A stretch of 64,000 bases of DNA from the IMG/VR virus record IMGVR_UViG_3300027708_000019; one strand, written 5' to 3'. The notes beneath the pieces are model-generated. The model had not been told where the DNA came from. It did no database searches and saw only the letters and a program-made list of their open reading frames with translations. The stretch comes from a virus. Position 1 is the stretch's first letter. Each line of letters opens with the position of its first letter. The position numbers and the translations under genes were made by a program. Positions 63,894-64,000 of the stretch are shown here, one piece after another.

Positions 63894-64000
63894 GGCTTTA
63901 CTTTACGCTTTCGAAAATTTCTTTTTGTGTCTTATACCATTCATTCCAAGTATCATTTTTATTTTGGCATTCATGGTACTGCGAATAATTCTCTGAAACA

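Overview
64 kb of an AT-rich, T4-like myovirus genome. The host is probably a (freshwater) proteobacterium, most likely a betaproteobacterium; this is inference. Layout: 1-13.5 kb is baseplate/tail/head completion (gp6, 25, PAAR, 5, hub, 53, 48, 4, 2, 54, holin, 16, 26, 51, tape measure). 14-17 kb holds gp32, gp59 and gp33. 19-28.6 kb is a minus-strand array of 26 CCA-encoding tRNAs covering all 20 amino acids, interleaved with several unexplained structured ncRNAs and accessory genes. 30-34.7 kb is a plus-strand late/membrane block (exported nuclease, PlcP-like phosphoesterase, GT2). The rest includes ClpP, SleB, a porin, a two-piece tmRNA, AhpC, a GH19 endolysin, PhoH, dCMP deaminase, RNase H, nrdAB, thyX and primase. 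Best candidate for an undescribed system: a ribosome-sensing transcription attenuator in front of the tRNA array. Its 39-codon leader peptide contains all 20 amino acids, its 3' end can form an antiterminator with a strong intrinsic terminator, and an rrn-like boxA follows. It co-occurs with the tmRNA, an unannotated ArfA-like peptide and ClpP. Other highlights: a thrice-repeated [partner + AsnB-like PP-loop enzyme] module, a probable -1 frameshift fusing gp26 to gp51, +1 overprinted ORFs and leaderless early transcripts. All calls are by eye; no searches were run.
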